DNA of 64,000 bases from Tubulanus polymorphus. Lineage: Eukaryota > Animalia > Nemertea. Both the position numbers and the translations under genes were made by a program. Under the pieces are notes generated by a model that did no database searches, was not told the origin of the DNA, and was given only the letters and a program-made list of their open reading frames with translations. Below are positions 1-11,229 of this stretch, in pieces (within the stretch, counting starts at the first letter, position 1; each line of letters starts with the position of its first letter). The stretch covers positions 29,988,299-30,052,298 of the forward strand of contig NC_134025.1 of NCBI RefSeq assembly GCF_964204645.1, in the 5' to 3' direction.

Positions 1-3000
1 GTAACGGTTTCACCTTCAGCAGACGTCATAGTAACCACAGTCGGAGGCAGACGCGCCTCGCGTTTGATTTCCAGTGATTTGATATTGCCGAAACACTTAT
101 CGAGATGAGGCTGCACGGCATCAGGATCTTTAGACTGAGCGAGAATATCCAACAGATCATCGTTACTGAGGAAATAAAACCTCGGAAACACGATACGCTT
201 CGTTTCCAAATAATCCTGACGATAAAAACAACACATTTTTCAATCAATCACATACTTGATTCCGAGATGTATAGAGAGAAGTAGATTTTATCTGTTATGA
301 TATAAGATACCTCTAAACATTTCTGTATTTTCTCAAGGTTCGCGTTGTTCGATTGCAACATCTCTAAAACTCCCGGAGACGTCGCTGATTTTAAAGCGTT
401 CGGACGATCTTCCGTTCGTCTCATTATATCCTTCCAATGACGATCGATTTGACTGAACATTTTAGACTCAGTCGGCAGCTGCCTAAATACGAATAGATAA
501 TATCAGATGATTATCGTGATATTTTGAGAATATGATCATATTTCGATATTTTACCTCTGAATATCCGGTGTTGAGAATATCTGTTCGAGATAAAGCCAGT
601 TTCTTTGACAAGTCATCCATTCGTCTAACGTACGTGAAAACAACGCCAGGCGACGTTCCCAATCTTCTACCGCCCCCTAATGGATGATATACACACTAAT
701 ATACGTATTACATGTATCGAAACTTCGACAAAAACAAGAAGAATATTTTCAAAATCGAACCTTGATCGGTGTAACGTAGCGCGAACCACGTATTGTTCCT
801 ATGGTTACTTGGCTTTCTTCCAATTGCGCCATCAAATCTTCAGCTCCAGCGATGATCGATGTATCGCGACCTTGATGCGGAATCAAACGGAAATCCGTAC
901 TTTGCCATAAATCCTGAACCTTCTGCAGCATAATTTCCAACGTAGCTTCATTACTGGCTGTGGTCGATATATCTTGAATCTTATCTTTGTGTTGAAATAT
1001 CTGAATATACGAAATACATTTACATGTATTATTCTATTCTTATTCTATATAAATACTATGGATTTGTAAATTTAATCTCTTGCGCTATGCCTGAAGAGGG
1101 GATAATGTAACTCCCAAAAACGTTCGCTATAATAAATATATATTACTCATTAGAAAATGAGATTTGTACTGTTTTTGCTTCTATAGATTTTGAATTATCT
1201 GGTATCTCTACGTAAGATCTACATTTACATATATTCATGAATGGTAGGAACTATATGGGGTATGATATTAACCTTCATATCGAGCAGATTTCCCAGAGTG
1301 AATGTTTTATCCCGAGCGATTGCTTTACCGATGATCTTTTCAATCACTTGCCAGTGTCTCATTTTAAGCGACGGATTACGCAAGCTCGTTATGACCGGCA
1401 TTCCTTGTTTGAAATCTATCACGTTCGTTTTTAACTTCGGTAGAACTTCGTTATGAGGAAGACCTGATAAACAGACAGACATAGATTCATTTAAACATCT
1501 ACCAGTGAATCTAGGAATGTTCTTCTCAGATGATCCAGGGTCTCTACAGATCAGTCATTCCTGGATATAAGGAGTTTTCAAAGAGTTTTTAAGGAGAACA
1601 TTTCATATTTCGAGGAAGCGTCTGCATCACTTTCATATCCCAATTACAGAAGACTCCTTCTAAATCGGTACTATTTATTTCAGTAGAACAGTAATTTGGT
1701 GATATCATAAGCAAATATTTATCCTTGATAATACTAAACTTGGTATCCACTTGAAAGGGTAACAAAAAGATTCTGCTTCTAACTGTACTAAATTAGGACT
1801 GTACAACGTCTGAAGTATGTAAGCTTCCTATTTCTCAAAATTGAAGGAGTTTTAAAGGAGTTTCTGTTTAGGAGTTTTTAAGGAATTGATGAGTCGTTAC
1901 CTTTCTCGAGCATGTAAACAGTTTGCGTAAATCGACCGACGCTTTTCTGCAAATTCTCGACATTCAACGAATCGAATGCAGTCTCCGTCCATTCGTCTAA
2001 CAATGTACCGAATTCATCCATAGATTCCCATAGTAACCGTCTCAACGTAAGATCGCGTTCTACCTCGGATATTTCCGATTGGACGCTTTGAGCGCTGATT
2101 GTATCATCTTTTTTACTCGCGACGAAATCCCTTTAGAATAGAAATATATTCAATCATAAATACTGTATAAATATACTGAATAACTATAAATAAATCATCA
2201 CTCAGTTCTACAGTCCTTGAGTTCAAATTGACTCTAGTCAAATGTAAACTTTAGAATTAAATCTTATACCACAACAGTGGAACTGGATCCAGGTTTCGAG
2301 AAATGAAAGTTTTCCGGGTTGGTAGTTTATTCTCTGTTAGTTTCACTCAGTTCTACAGTCCTCGGGTTCAAATTGACTCTAGTCTAACGTATACTTTAGA
2401 GTTAATATCACAACAGTGGAACTGGATCCAGGTTTCAAGAAATGAAAGTTTTCTTGGTTGGCAGTTTAGTTTTAGAAGAGTAGAATAGAGTAAGAATAGT
2501 ACTTACTCAAACTTTCCTCCTCTCATTGAACTCCCGAATCGTTCCTGATAATTCCCGTAGCTGCGTATTTTCAACGCTAACGTGTGAACCTCGTCTTGTA
2601 AATAGCGTACGTTTTCTAACGCTACCATCGCCATAGTTTCGTGATTCAACAATTCGGGATCGAGAACTTTATTCTTCAATTCGATGATATTGAATCGAAT
2701 ATCAGTGATCAAAGTATCGAGATCGTTGCTGAATTTACGAATATTTTCATCTTTCTTCGCGTCGCAGAAAAGAATAGTCGTCTGAAGAGCAACAAGTGCC
2801 GGGTAAATGAAAATATCGAACTTAAGATATAAATGGAGGTAACATGGTTCTTACAGATCAAGTTATCCAAAATTCCCTGATATTTCCCTGAGCCTTGGCC
2901 AAAACTTCTCTGATGAGATTATAACATATCCTCAGTAGGGGCTGTTTCTTAATAAGAGGTGCCACTTATCACACACAAGAACAACAAGACACCGAACATT

Positions 3001-6000
3001 CTAATTCCCGGATTTTTCCCTTATTTTTAAGAAGATTCAGAATTCCCTGATTTCACTGATCTATAAGAACCTTGTTTTAATGTCGAATCACTATCTACCT
3101 TTAAATGTTGGAAACTGGGAGCGAGAGTTTGATAGAAGGCGTAATCTTCCGGGTCGATTTTAACATCGAAATCACGAGAAATCGTGAACAACTTCGTAAC
3201 GATTTGAAATTCTTTCTCCAGCGCCGGTTGCTCCGATTGCATTTTACCCAGAAATGACAGATGATCGACAAATTCTTCGACCGTTGTCGGAAAATGATCC
3301 AACTTCTTCAGCGCGCCCTGAAATCAAATACATCAACATTGATCAGAAAATGTCTAACTCTGAATCTCTGTTTTTATTCCAGGGGCAAAATTGAAACTTT
3401 CTTTGATTATTTTCGATAAAATTATACCCTTCTCGACAAAGAGGCGCTGGATTCACCTGTGAATTGTCTATAAATACCTTTATGATTGCGAGTAGATCTT
3501 CATTTCTTCTATTAGCAATCACCGGTAGTTTATCATGTATAGCGTTCAGTACTGACTTAGGGTACGGTAAACAAGATGTGCAGAATTTCTCTACGTTGAT
3601 TTGATTCATGAAGATTCGTCGAGTGATTCTCATTCGATTCATTTGATTCACCTGAACGAGAAAGATTAAAATATCAGGGGCCATTTGCACAGCAATGGCT
3701 TAGATTTAAGACTAGTCTCAGACCATTTAGTTCTGCAGCCTCAACTCCAGTCGTAAGAATTGAGACCACTTTTGGACATGGTCATGACCCTGGGGCCAGA
3801 TTACTTCAAAATGAATTTCACTCAAACCACATGTAATTCATACCTGTTCAGTATGAGTGGCTAGAACTTGATGAAATTCTTCCGGAGTCCAGACTTTTTT
3901 ACTCATTGACTCTTCAACATTTACACGTCTCGCTTTATCAACCATCGTACAGTACTGATTATAGTCTGTACTGTAATCTTCTATCACTTCCAATGTTTCG
4001 TCCAAATATTCCATTATTTCCTAAATGAAGGTTTCAATTATTTGCTGAAGTATTTAAAACTATTAATTTATTTCATGATTTCAATTGAAATTGTGAGTAC
4101 ACCAGGGAAGTAGTCAGTAAGCTCATTGTTGATGAGTAGTGATCTTTGAAAGGAAGCTGGTTAATGGAAGTATTTTACCTCTATGATCTTTTGATAATCG
4201 ACGTCATCACCGAATAATGATTCGACATCGGGCCACGGACGCTGATTACTAGAATTACTGTCGTCATTAGCATCGCTGAGTTGTACGACGAACACCGGCG
4301 GCGAATAAAACGGCTTTAATCGCGGTTCTCTTAACAACGAACCGATTTTACCTACAAATAAACAATCAACATTTATAGATAAATGTATAATTTATGTTCG
4401 GTAATGGGTATACCTGGTACTCATACGTACTGACAGTTTGTTCAAACTCAGAGATAACAGTTTTTATACCGTCTCTAAATTCATCCCCTGATGGCGATAA
4501 CAGACATTCTGGTTTCGCCGGTGCGGCTTCACTTTTAGTCACTACTTTCCTGTAAAGAAAGAAAACAATTTAAGTTCGATTCCTCAGTTTGATTCCAGAG
4601 TTAAACTTATTGAAAATGAATGATTTCAAATTTGACTGAGAACTCTGGAATTGGGCTCAGATCACTAACAATGTTTTGTCAGGATAAGCAAAATTTCCTC
4701 CTTCTCCCTTCACAACTTCTTCCTCAATGATTTCTTCCTCTTCATCATCAGTTATTGCTTCCTTTTTATCCTCATTATTCTCATCGTTTTTGTCGTCTAC
4801 ATCATCAGCATCTGATTCTGCATCTATAATCAAACCAGATCAGTATTAACAGATGCCTGGGTTCTTACAAGGATCAAGGTATCCAAAATTCTCTGATACT
4901 GCCAAGATTTCCCCGACCCTTGACCAAAATTCCCTGATTAAATTATAAAATATCCTCTCTTAATATCTTATCAAGAGGATCAATGTGGCACTAGTCACTG
5001 ACAAGAACAACAAGACACCAAAAATTCAAATTCCCTGATTTTACATGAAAAGAGACAGAATTGCAGAGAAAATAAATCTGGAATTTCATGATCATTAAGG
5101 ACCCCGAGAGTTGAAAGAAATGCTTTGATTTTCACAATTATTTACCATACCTTGTTTTTGATGTGTATTTACAGAATCGTCCTGTTGTTTGAATGTAACA
5201 GATTTTGTGACACTCGCCACCGATCGTTTACGAGTTTCAGCCGGTTTTGTCAACGGAGGAACGTTCAGGATGAATTCTAGCGAGAATATCGGTTCAGGAA
5301 TCTCAATCACTTCATCACGTTTACGAATCTCTTCGAGAATCTGAAACAACCAACAATCAATCCAGAATCTTTACAACATCTTAATCCAGTTAAACTTTAA
5401 ACCGTGAAGTTTTGACTATTGTCGTCATCAATGGTTTGATTTTTTTCATGAATGATAATTGAAGATGGTTTTTAGCTGCTAATTCACCTCATCTGCATCA
5501 ATGACTTTATTTTCTTCCTCTTTCGTGTCGAAATCAAAGTGAGGAATCTGATAGCCTTGAGGTGTCTCTTCTTTCTTTTTTATCAATAATGTTGGCGGTC
5601 TGAAAATATAATGCATAATGTATGTGCATGTCTATTTCTAGAAACTGCTGACAAAACAAATCTCACTTTTTGAAGAATGAAGCATCAGTTTTTGTAGTCA
5701 TAGTCGCCATTGTGCTGCGAGAAAATGATTTGTTGAAGAAACTCGAAGAATCAAAGTCAGAATCATCTTCATCGACAAACTGAATACAGATATTACAAAC
5801 ACAGTCAATAATCTGAGTAGTGAGTTAAAATTCTGAACTCAGGATCAAGTTCCTCCGCTGTGAGTTAGATTTTACTTGAGTTAAAATCAGTGCTTTAATG
5901 AGTCAAATCTAATTCACGGGACTGTGGAACTTGATCCTGATGTTTAGAAATCAGAATAATTATTGAATTAAGACGTATCTTACAGTTTCAGAATTTTCTT

Positions 6001-9000
6001 CCTCCTCTGCCTCGAGTCGTTCGCCCGTTTGAAAGGACGCTATTACGTATCCGAGGAAACTACGCACGGCGGTATACACTAAACGACGTAACAATTCCAA
6101 CACTTGAAGATCGACGGCTTTCAAAAATTCCGACAGTCGTTTTAAGATCTTACGCCATTCGGCGAGCTGAGCGTAAGATGGTTTACCTTCTAAAAATAAA
6201 ATATCGTTTTGTTGTGAGATCTCGATAAATTGTTCTCCGATTCATCACTTCACAGAGATTCACTTACTATTTTTTTCCACTGGTTTATCGACCATCGTCA
6301 TTTTACCATATTTCGTCATGACTGTTTTTGTTTTCAGTTTACTCGGTTTTTTCTCAGGCGTCGCGGTCGGTTTAGTCGGAGATTCCGGTCGAATTCCGTG
6401 CGTTATTCCTTCCATTTCGGCTACAGTCTAAAAACGCAGAAGAGAACATCGTTACAAGGAATCCATCGAAGAAATGCATAGACAAAGAATAGTCAAACTT
6501 ACAGCGCAAGTTTCCCAAACTAGAGAAACGATAACATTCTGTAAATTACGAAGTTGTTGAAGAGATTTCTCGCATTGTGCAGATTCTAATGAAATGAATT
6601 CCGTCAGAGTCAACGTAACATCTTTATTCAAAGTGAACAGACTGACTGCTGAATCTGCCGTTCCCTCTCCTCTTAAACTACCGCACGCTGATTCACATAA
6701 CGCGCGTATGTGCATTAAACAACCTTGTAATATTTCATTAGCGCAAAACAACTGTTTCTTCATCACTACTCTATAATAGATAAATACGCGTGTAAGAAAA
6801 AGTATCCCAGATAACAGTTCCTTTAGTTCCACTGATCCAAGGTGATTTGTAACTTACAAACTCTGTTGTTTTTTCTGATGTCGAACCGCCGCTTTCCACA
6901 AGAAGAACATTTTACGTATTTTCGATTTCTCGAAAACGGGTACGTCGTAAATCATATCGAACAATCGACGTTCCCACAGCCATTGTATCGCCGGGGTAGT
7001 TATAGATGATTCTCCATCAGCATTCTGACTACACTACAACAACAAATCAACTTCACATTTAAACAGTACGAAGAGATACTTATAATCACTTCAAACATTC
7101 TGACAAGCATTTTAAGATATTGGATGAATTTTAATCATAAACATTCATGAAATCATTATCTTTTTGAAGTAGGATTCTTTGAGTTCGGATGAATTTGTGA
7201 AAATTCACCGATACTCTGAGATGCTTACCCTAGTAACATACGAAGCACTGATCGTCCAATACATATCGGACAAACGAGCTTCATTCACGGAAACCACCTG
7301 TAGATGATAGGGGTTGTACCGAGGGGCGTGGTCAAAACGATTGACGGGTAGACAATAGACAAAATCTCCACCATCTTCTAATTTAATTTGTTCAACTTTC
7401 ACTTCACTGGATGGGATTGATTTCTTTCGAGGACTTATGACATCACCTTTTCCCTACAATGTACATTATAATACAATATCAATATACATGTGAATAAGGT
7501 CTATAGGCTAGTGAAAAATGAACAATATGAATTTACCTCTTCATTTTCATCTTCATCTAGATCATCCTTCTCATCATCATTATTCTTTGAATCGACCTCG
7601 AATCCGTCTTCTACAAGTAATTTATCTAAGAGTTTGCGCGAGTTTGGACCGTGTCGAGGTAACTCAGTCTTCCAACCGAGACGAGATCGCATTTCATGCA
7701 GATGCCAAATCGGGTCATCGTTTTCTGGAACTAGAATCATTAACAAAAATATCAGATATGTGTTTGAAGTATTATAGTATTATATCTACTGGTACACACA
7801 GTGAGTGCGAATACAGTGAACACAGAGATAGAGCAACTACATTCAACGACATTAAAAACATCATTACACAGGGTGGCCACTTTCCCTGACATTCACATTG
7901 TTTTTTCCCTGACTCTAACTATTCCCTGACTGTGCTAAAGAAAAGAAATTTCCCCGATTTCCAAGTAAGTGACCACCCAGTTACCATATAGCTACATACC
8001 GATCCATCTTTTGCAATCTATTACAAACCAAATGAGATACACTTATTTGAATATTAATAATATTTATCCAGCATTTGAAAAAAAAAGAATTAAGTTTTTG
8101 AGGAAATATGAAACAGAATCCAGTTCCATGGTAAGTGGGACTGACACCTTTAAAATATACCATCTTGCTTTACACTACAATTAATCTAACTATTGTAGGC
8201 TTACCCGTGTCATCGTAGATATTTGTTTTGAGATAAGTCAGAACAATAGAAGGGTCTTGTCCGTGTGTGACGATAGGAATAGATGAATGAGGTCGTTTAC
8301 TCGAGGTTAGAGTGGAGGCAGACAGAGAACGTTTTAAATTCCCAGTAGTGGATTCACGTCTGGGATGATGATGTTCAAATTGAATTGTTTGCGTCTCATC
8401 ACGAGTGACGATGGCTGGCAATTTATCTGAAATTATACGTGAAATTTATTAAAAGAAAAATCGCCTAGAGCATATTCATTAAGCGCATATCTCTGAATAA
8501 ATCAGATAGAAATTAGATTTATAGCCAAATATATAACGCCATCTATCCATATCATGGTACACTACTATCATCTTTAGATTGTGTTTTGTTTTAAGTGATG
8601 ACCTTTTCTCTCATCTTTTCTCAAGTTTTATTAGTTTATCCTATCTATGTATATTTCTGCTCTATCATTCTTGATATCAATAACTTTTCCTGTTGAATTG
8701 TTTCAGTTTTTCCATCTAATAACACAAACATCTTTTTGATCTCATCAATCCTATTGATATATATATCTCATAACTTAATTCCTAAGTGCAAACTACAGCC
8801 GTCAAGATTATAGTGAAAATCTCAGGCTAATGCTATTAGTCATAGCCTAACCCCGGGAGGTTTACTCGCACCTCCCTGCATAACTCACCTTTGCTGGTGA
8901 ATTTAGTTGATACCGCTTGGTTGGAAGCAGTTTTATGTAACCTGACAAAACAAAAATATTTTAGTTTTAGCTTAAAACATTTGAACACTGGAATAAATTG

Positions 9001-9564
9001 ATTGATTGGCGAATTTATTGCGACCACACCTGTGCACTGTAAGAATAGATTGATCACTGGCTCGTCTCTCAGTTGGATGACGACGAATTTCTTTTTTCCG
9101 CAGAGTAAAATCTTTCCTTAACATTGTCGTACGGAAAGCTGTAGTGTTACCCTTTCCAGACGGTGGATGTGGCTAAAATTAGGATTGCGCAATGAATGAA
9201 TATGGGTTTGTTTTTGTAGGAATTAAAGTGAATCTGCATTACCTGTGCTTACCTGTAATGTATCCCCTATACCGTTTAGTTTAGGAATGAACATTGGTCG
9301 ATGAATTAAACGATTTATTAATTCCTGTCCTCGACATTCTGAAGATGTTATCGATTCTGGTGTTTGTAAGAATTGAACTCTAGGGGAATTTTTCTTATTA
9401 ATGTCTATATTATTAGGAGTGAGTAATTGATTGTCTAATACAGGTGATGATAGCAGAGATTCCGGCGCGTATCTAACAGCTGAACTCGTCCTACTCGATG
9501 ATAGCGGCCCTACAGTGGACGACGGAGTCCCCGGGGGTGGAACACTCCTACCCGATGTCGACAT
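1..9564 (-). CDS. Axonemal dynein heavy chain, DNAH6/DNAH14 clade; 5' multi-exon portion (N-terminal tail/stem), gene continues beyond position 1
   Basis: Spliced exons give [63 protein letters not shown].KCF and LRNPSLKMRHW, the DHC_N2 signature of inner-arm dyneins. ATG at 9564; GT-AG introns, with frame checked for the first exons. DNAH6 versus DNAH14 is not resolved without a tree. Confidence 0.93.
1081..1136 (+). ncRNA. Degenerate minimal type I hammerhead ribozyme motif (Penelope-like element remnant)
   Basis: CTGAAGA-G-GGGA(9 nt)TCCC-AAAAAC-GTT followed by AATAAA; the GAAAC core is mutated. Confidence 0.45.
2201..2470. repeat. Tandem ~142-bp duplication containing a family-A MITE copy
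   Basis: cactcagttctacagtcct..gttcaaattgactctagtc..cagtggaactggatccaggtttc..aaatgaaagttt occurs twice in a row. Confidence 0.85.
2846..3075. mobile_element. MITE family B (TIR ~CAGGGTTCTTACAGATCAG), possibly hAT-derived
   Basis: ggttcttacagatca...tgatctataagaacc ends; the internal sequence recurs at ~4856-5105 and inverted at 12988-13219. Confidence 0.75.
4856..5105. mobile_element. MITE family B copy
   Basis: Shares gggttcttaca..tatccaaaatt..caagaacaacaagacacc with the 2846 copy. Confidence 0.7.
5839..5940. mobile_element. MITE family A (~100 bp, TIR ~GGATCCAGTTCCACAGT)
   Basis: tcaggatcaagttcc/ggaacttgatcctga perfect terminal inverted repeat; related copies near 4570, 12130, 21040, 21770, 22270, 32190, 32890, 36655, 37320, 42210. 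Confidence 0.8.
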
Positions 9565-9919
9565 TTTTTTTTGGTTTTTGTCCTAACTAAAAAGAGATGG
9601 AAAAATATTTAACAATTGTGGGGTCGGTTAAGCTAATTCTTATTTTTACTGGCCAGTATTTTGAATAAAATGTCATCCCAACTGTCACCTGCAGCGAGTA
9701 CTGTCAATAAAATCTTCCTTTAATTGGAGTTGAATTAGAATTGTTTTTGAATTGAAGATGAAATTTCACCGGTTTTCTCAACCCTGTTTCCCCTACCCCG
9801 AATACTATCTATCAGAACTCATAGTTACATTTAATATATGCAACTCTCCTCTTTCACATATCCGTAAATTGTTAATAAATGAACAAAAACATGATGTAAA
9901 TGTCAGCAAATGATGCCAG

Positions 9920-10290
9920 ACAGTTGTTTACGTTAGTGATAGACGTAGGTAAAACGCGGCTTAGATCATCACTTCCCTCGCGTGCCAGGGAACACTTCTC
10001 TCGCGTGCCAGGGAACACTTTCGTCCTCGCGACGGAGATTCATATGTACTTTACAAGTGTCCGCTCATACCCAGTCGCTGATACCCCAAGGGCGAACTCT
10101 TTTATCAATCAGATCGGAGAATCCGTTTGCCTCCAATCGTACTCTTTTATTGGTCACGTGACTTTTTGGAGTCTCCGAAACCTCCTTTCTGTCGCCGGAG
10201 GTGGTGTGATTCGGATTTTGTGTGGAGCCAACCGGAGATTTCGGACGGAGACTTCGGAGGTCATAAAAGAGTACGCCCTGGCCCTGGGTA
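9920..10290 (+). promoter_or_regulatory. CpG-rich promoter-like block
   Basis: TGTTTAC (9925-9931, forkhead-type), two copies of cactt..ctcgcgtgccagggaa (~9970-10020), CCAAT/ATTGG boxes (~10133, 10149), palindromic GTCACGTGAC (10153-10162), CATAAAA (10262-10268). Confidence 0.6.
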
Positions 10291-10384
10291 TCACGGACTG
10301 GGTACTAGCGGACACATGACGTCTCCGTATACTGTTGTCGCGATGCGCGATGATGCCGTTTTTCATGAGTCATTCTGCAGAAGA

Positions 10385-10475
10385 ATTTCCAGAACTTGCC
10401 CGTTCGGCTGTTGACAAACAGCCATCATCAGGTGGAATCATTCCACTTGGATGGCTCCAGCCGAAACGTTGTGGT
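10385..10475. ncRNA. Inverted pair of degenerate type I hammerhead ribozyme motifs
   Basis: Minus strand: TTCCAC-CTGATGA-T-GGCTGTT(TGTC)AACAGCC-GAAC..GTT-C-TGGAA. Plus strand: CCAC-TTGGA-T-GGCT(CC)AGCC-GAAACGTT-GTGG. Confidence 0.55.
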
Positions 10476-10774
10476 TTCATTCTAATAAGTTATCTCATAA
10501 TAATTTTAAATTCGAAGTGTGGGATCTTCTTCAAAAAACTACAATACGGATTAGAGTAGTGTTTCATTCGACAAATAACTTGTTTGTTTACCGCACCATC
10601 GTGAAGTGAGCACTGGATTCGGTATCACTCGATTCAAATTTATTTCATCACTCGATTCAAATTTATTATAATTTTTTTAGTGGTTTTTGATGTGTATTTT
10701 TTGCACTGTTATTGAATAAAAAGATATTTTACGTTAAATAAAATTGTGAATATACAACTTATTTCATCTAATTC

Positions 10775-11073
10775 ATATTTTGGGGTCTTTGGGCGTCAAT
10801 TAGACCCCCAAGGAACCCTTGCACCGGGCAACTATATACCGGGACTGTAGCTCTTGAATTAGATCTATCTTTTCTAAAAGTTTAGAGACTTTGTCCGTTT
10901 TGTATTTTATTTATTAATTTCTAAACATTATTTTTGATATTTTGGGGTCTTTGGGCGTCAATTAGACCCCCAAGGCGCCCTTGCACCGGGCAACAACTAT
11001 ATACTGGGCTGTAGCTCTTGTTTAGTTCTATCTTCTCTGAAAGTTTCAGAGACTCCCTTTGACCGTTTTGTAT
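10775..11073 (+). repeat. Two tandem ~135-bp structured units (period 162 bp), candidate small RNA genes
   Basis: 10775-10905 and 10937-11073 are near-identical and contain hairpins. The repeat is certain; RNA identity is not. Confidence 0.85.
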
Positions 11074-11229
11074 ATCACCCTACTCCGTCATTTGGATATT
11101 CTCGGAGCCAACCCTTTCTAGGTTCCGGAACAAACATTTGCATACTTCCGGGTCAAATTTTTCAAAACAATCCAAACAATCCACCGATTTTGTTGATTAT
11201 TGCGGTTTTAACGGCCCCGACCCGTAAAT

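Noticed and set aside
10316-10414. 32-aa ORF ending CPFGC-TGA as a selenoprotein or Cys-rich peptide
   Set aside because: No SECIS-like element seen downstream, no signal peptide, and its end is explained by the hammerhead hairpin.
9895-10756. Solo LTR bounded by TGTA...TACA
   Set aside because: No target-site duplication, and the left end overlaps the likely dynein 5' region.
10290-11080. Telomerase RNA, 7SK, RNase P/MRP, U3 or vault RNA
   Set aside because: No CTAACCC template, GAUC-pair 5' stem, P4 CR-I/CR-V or ordered U3 boxes. The vault-like segment is only ~60 nt and copy 1 has an internal T4.
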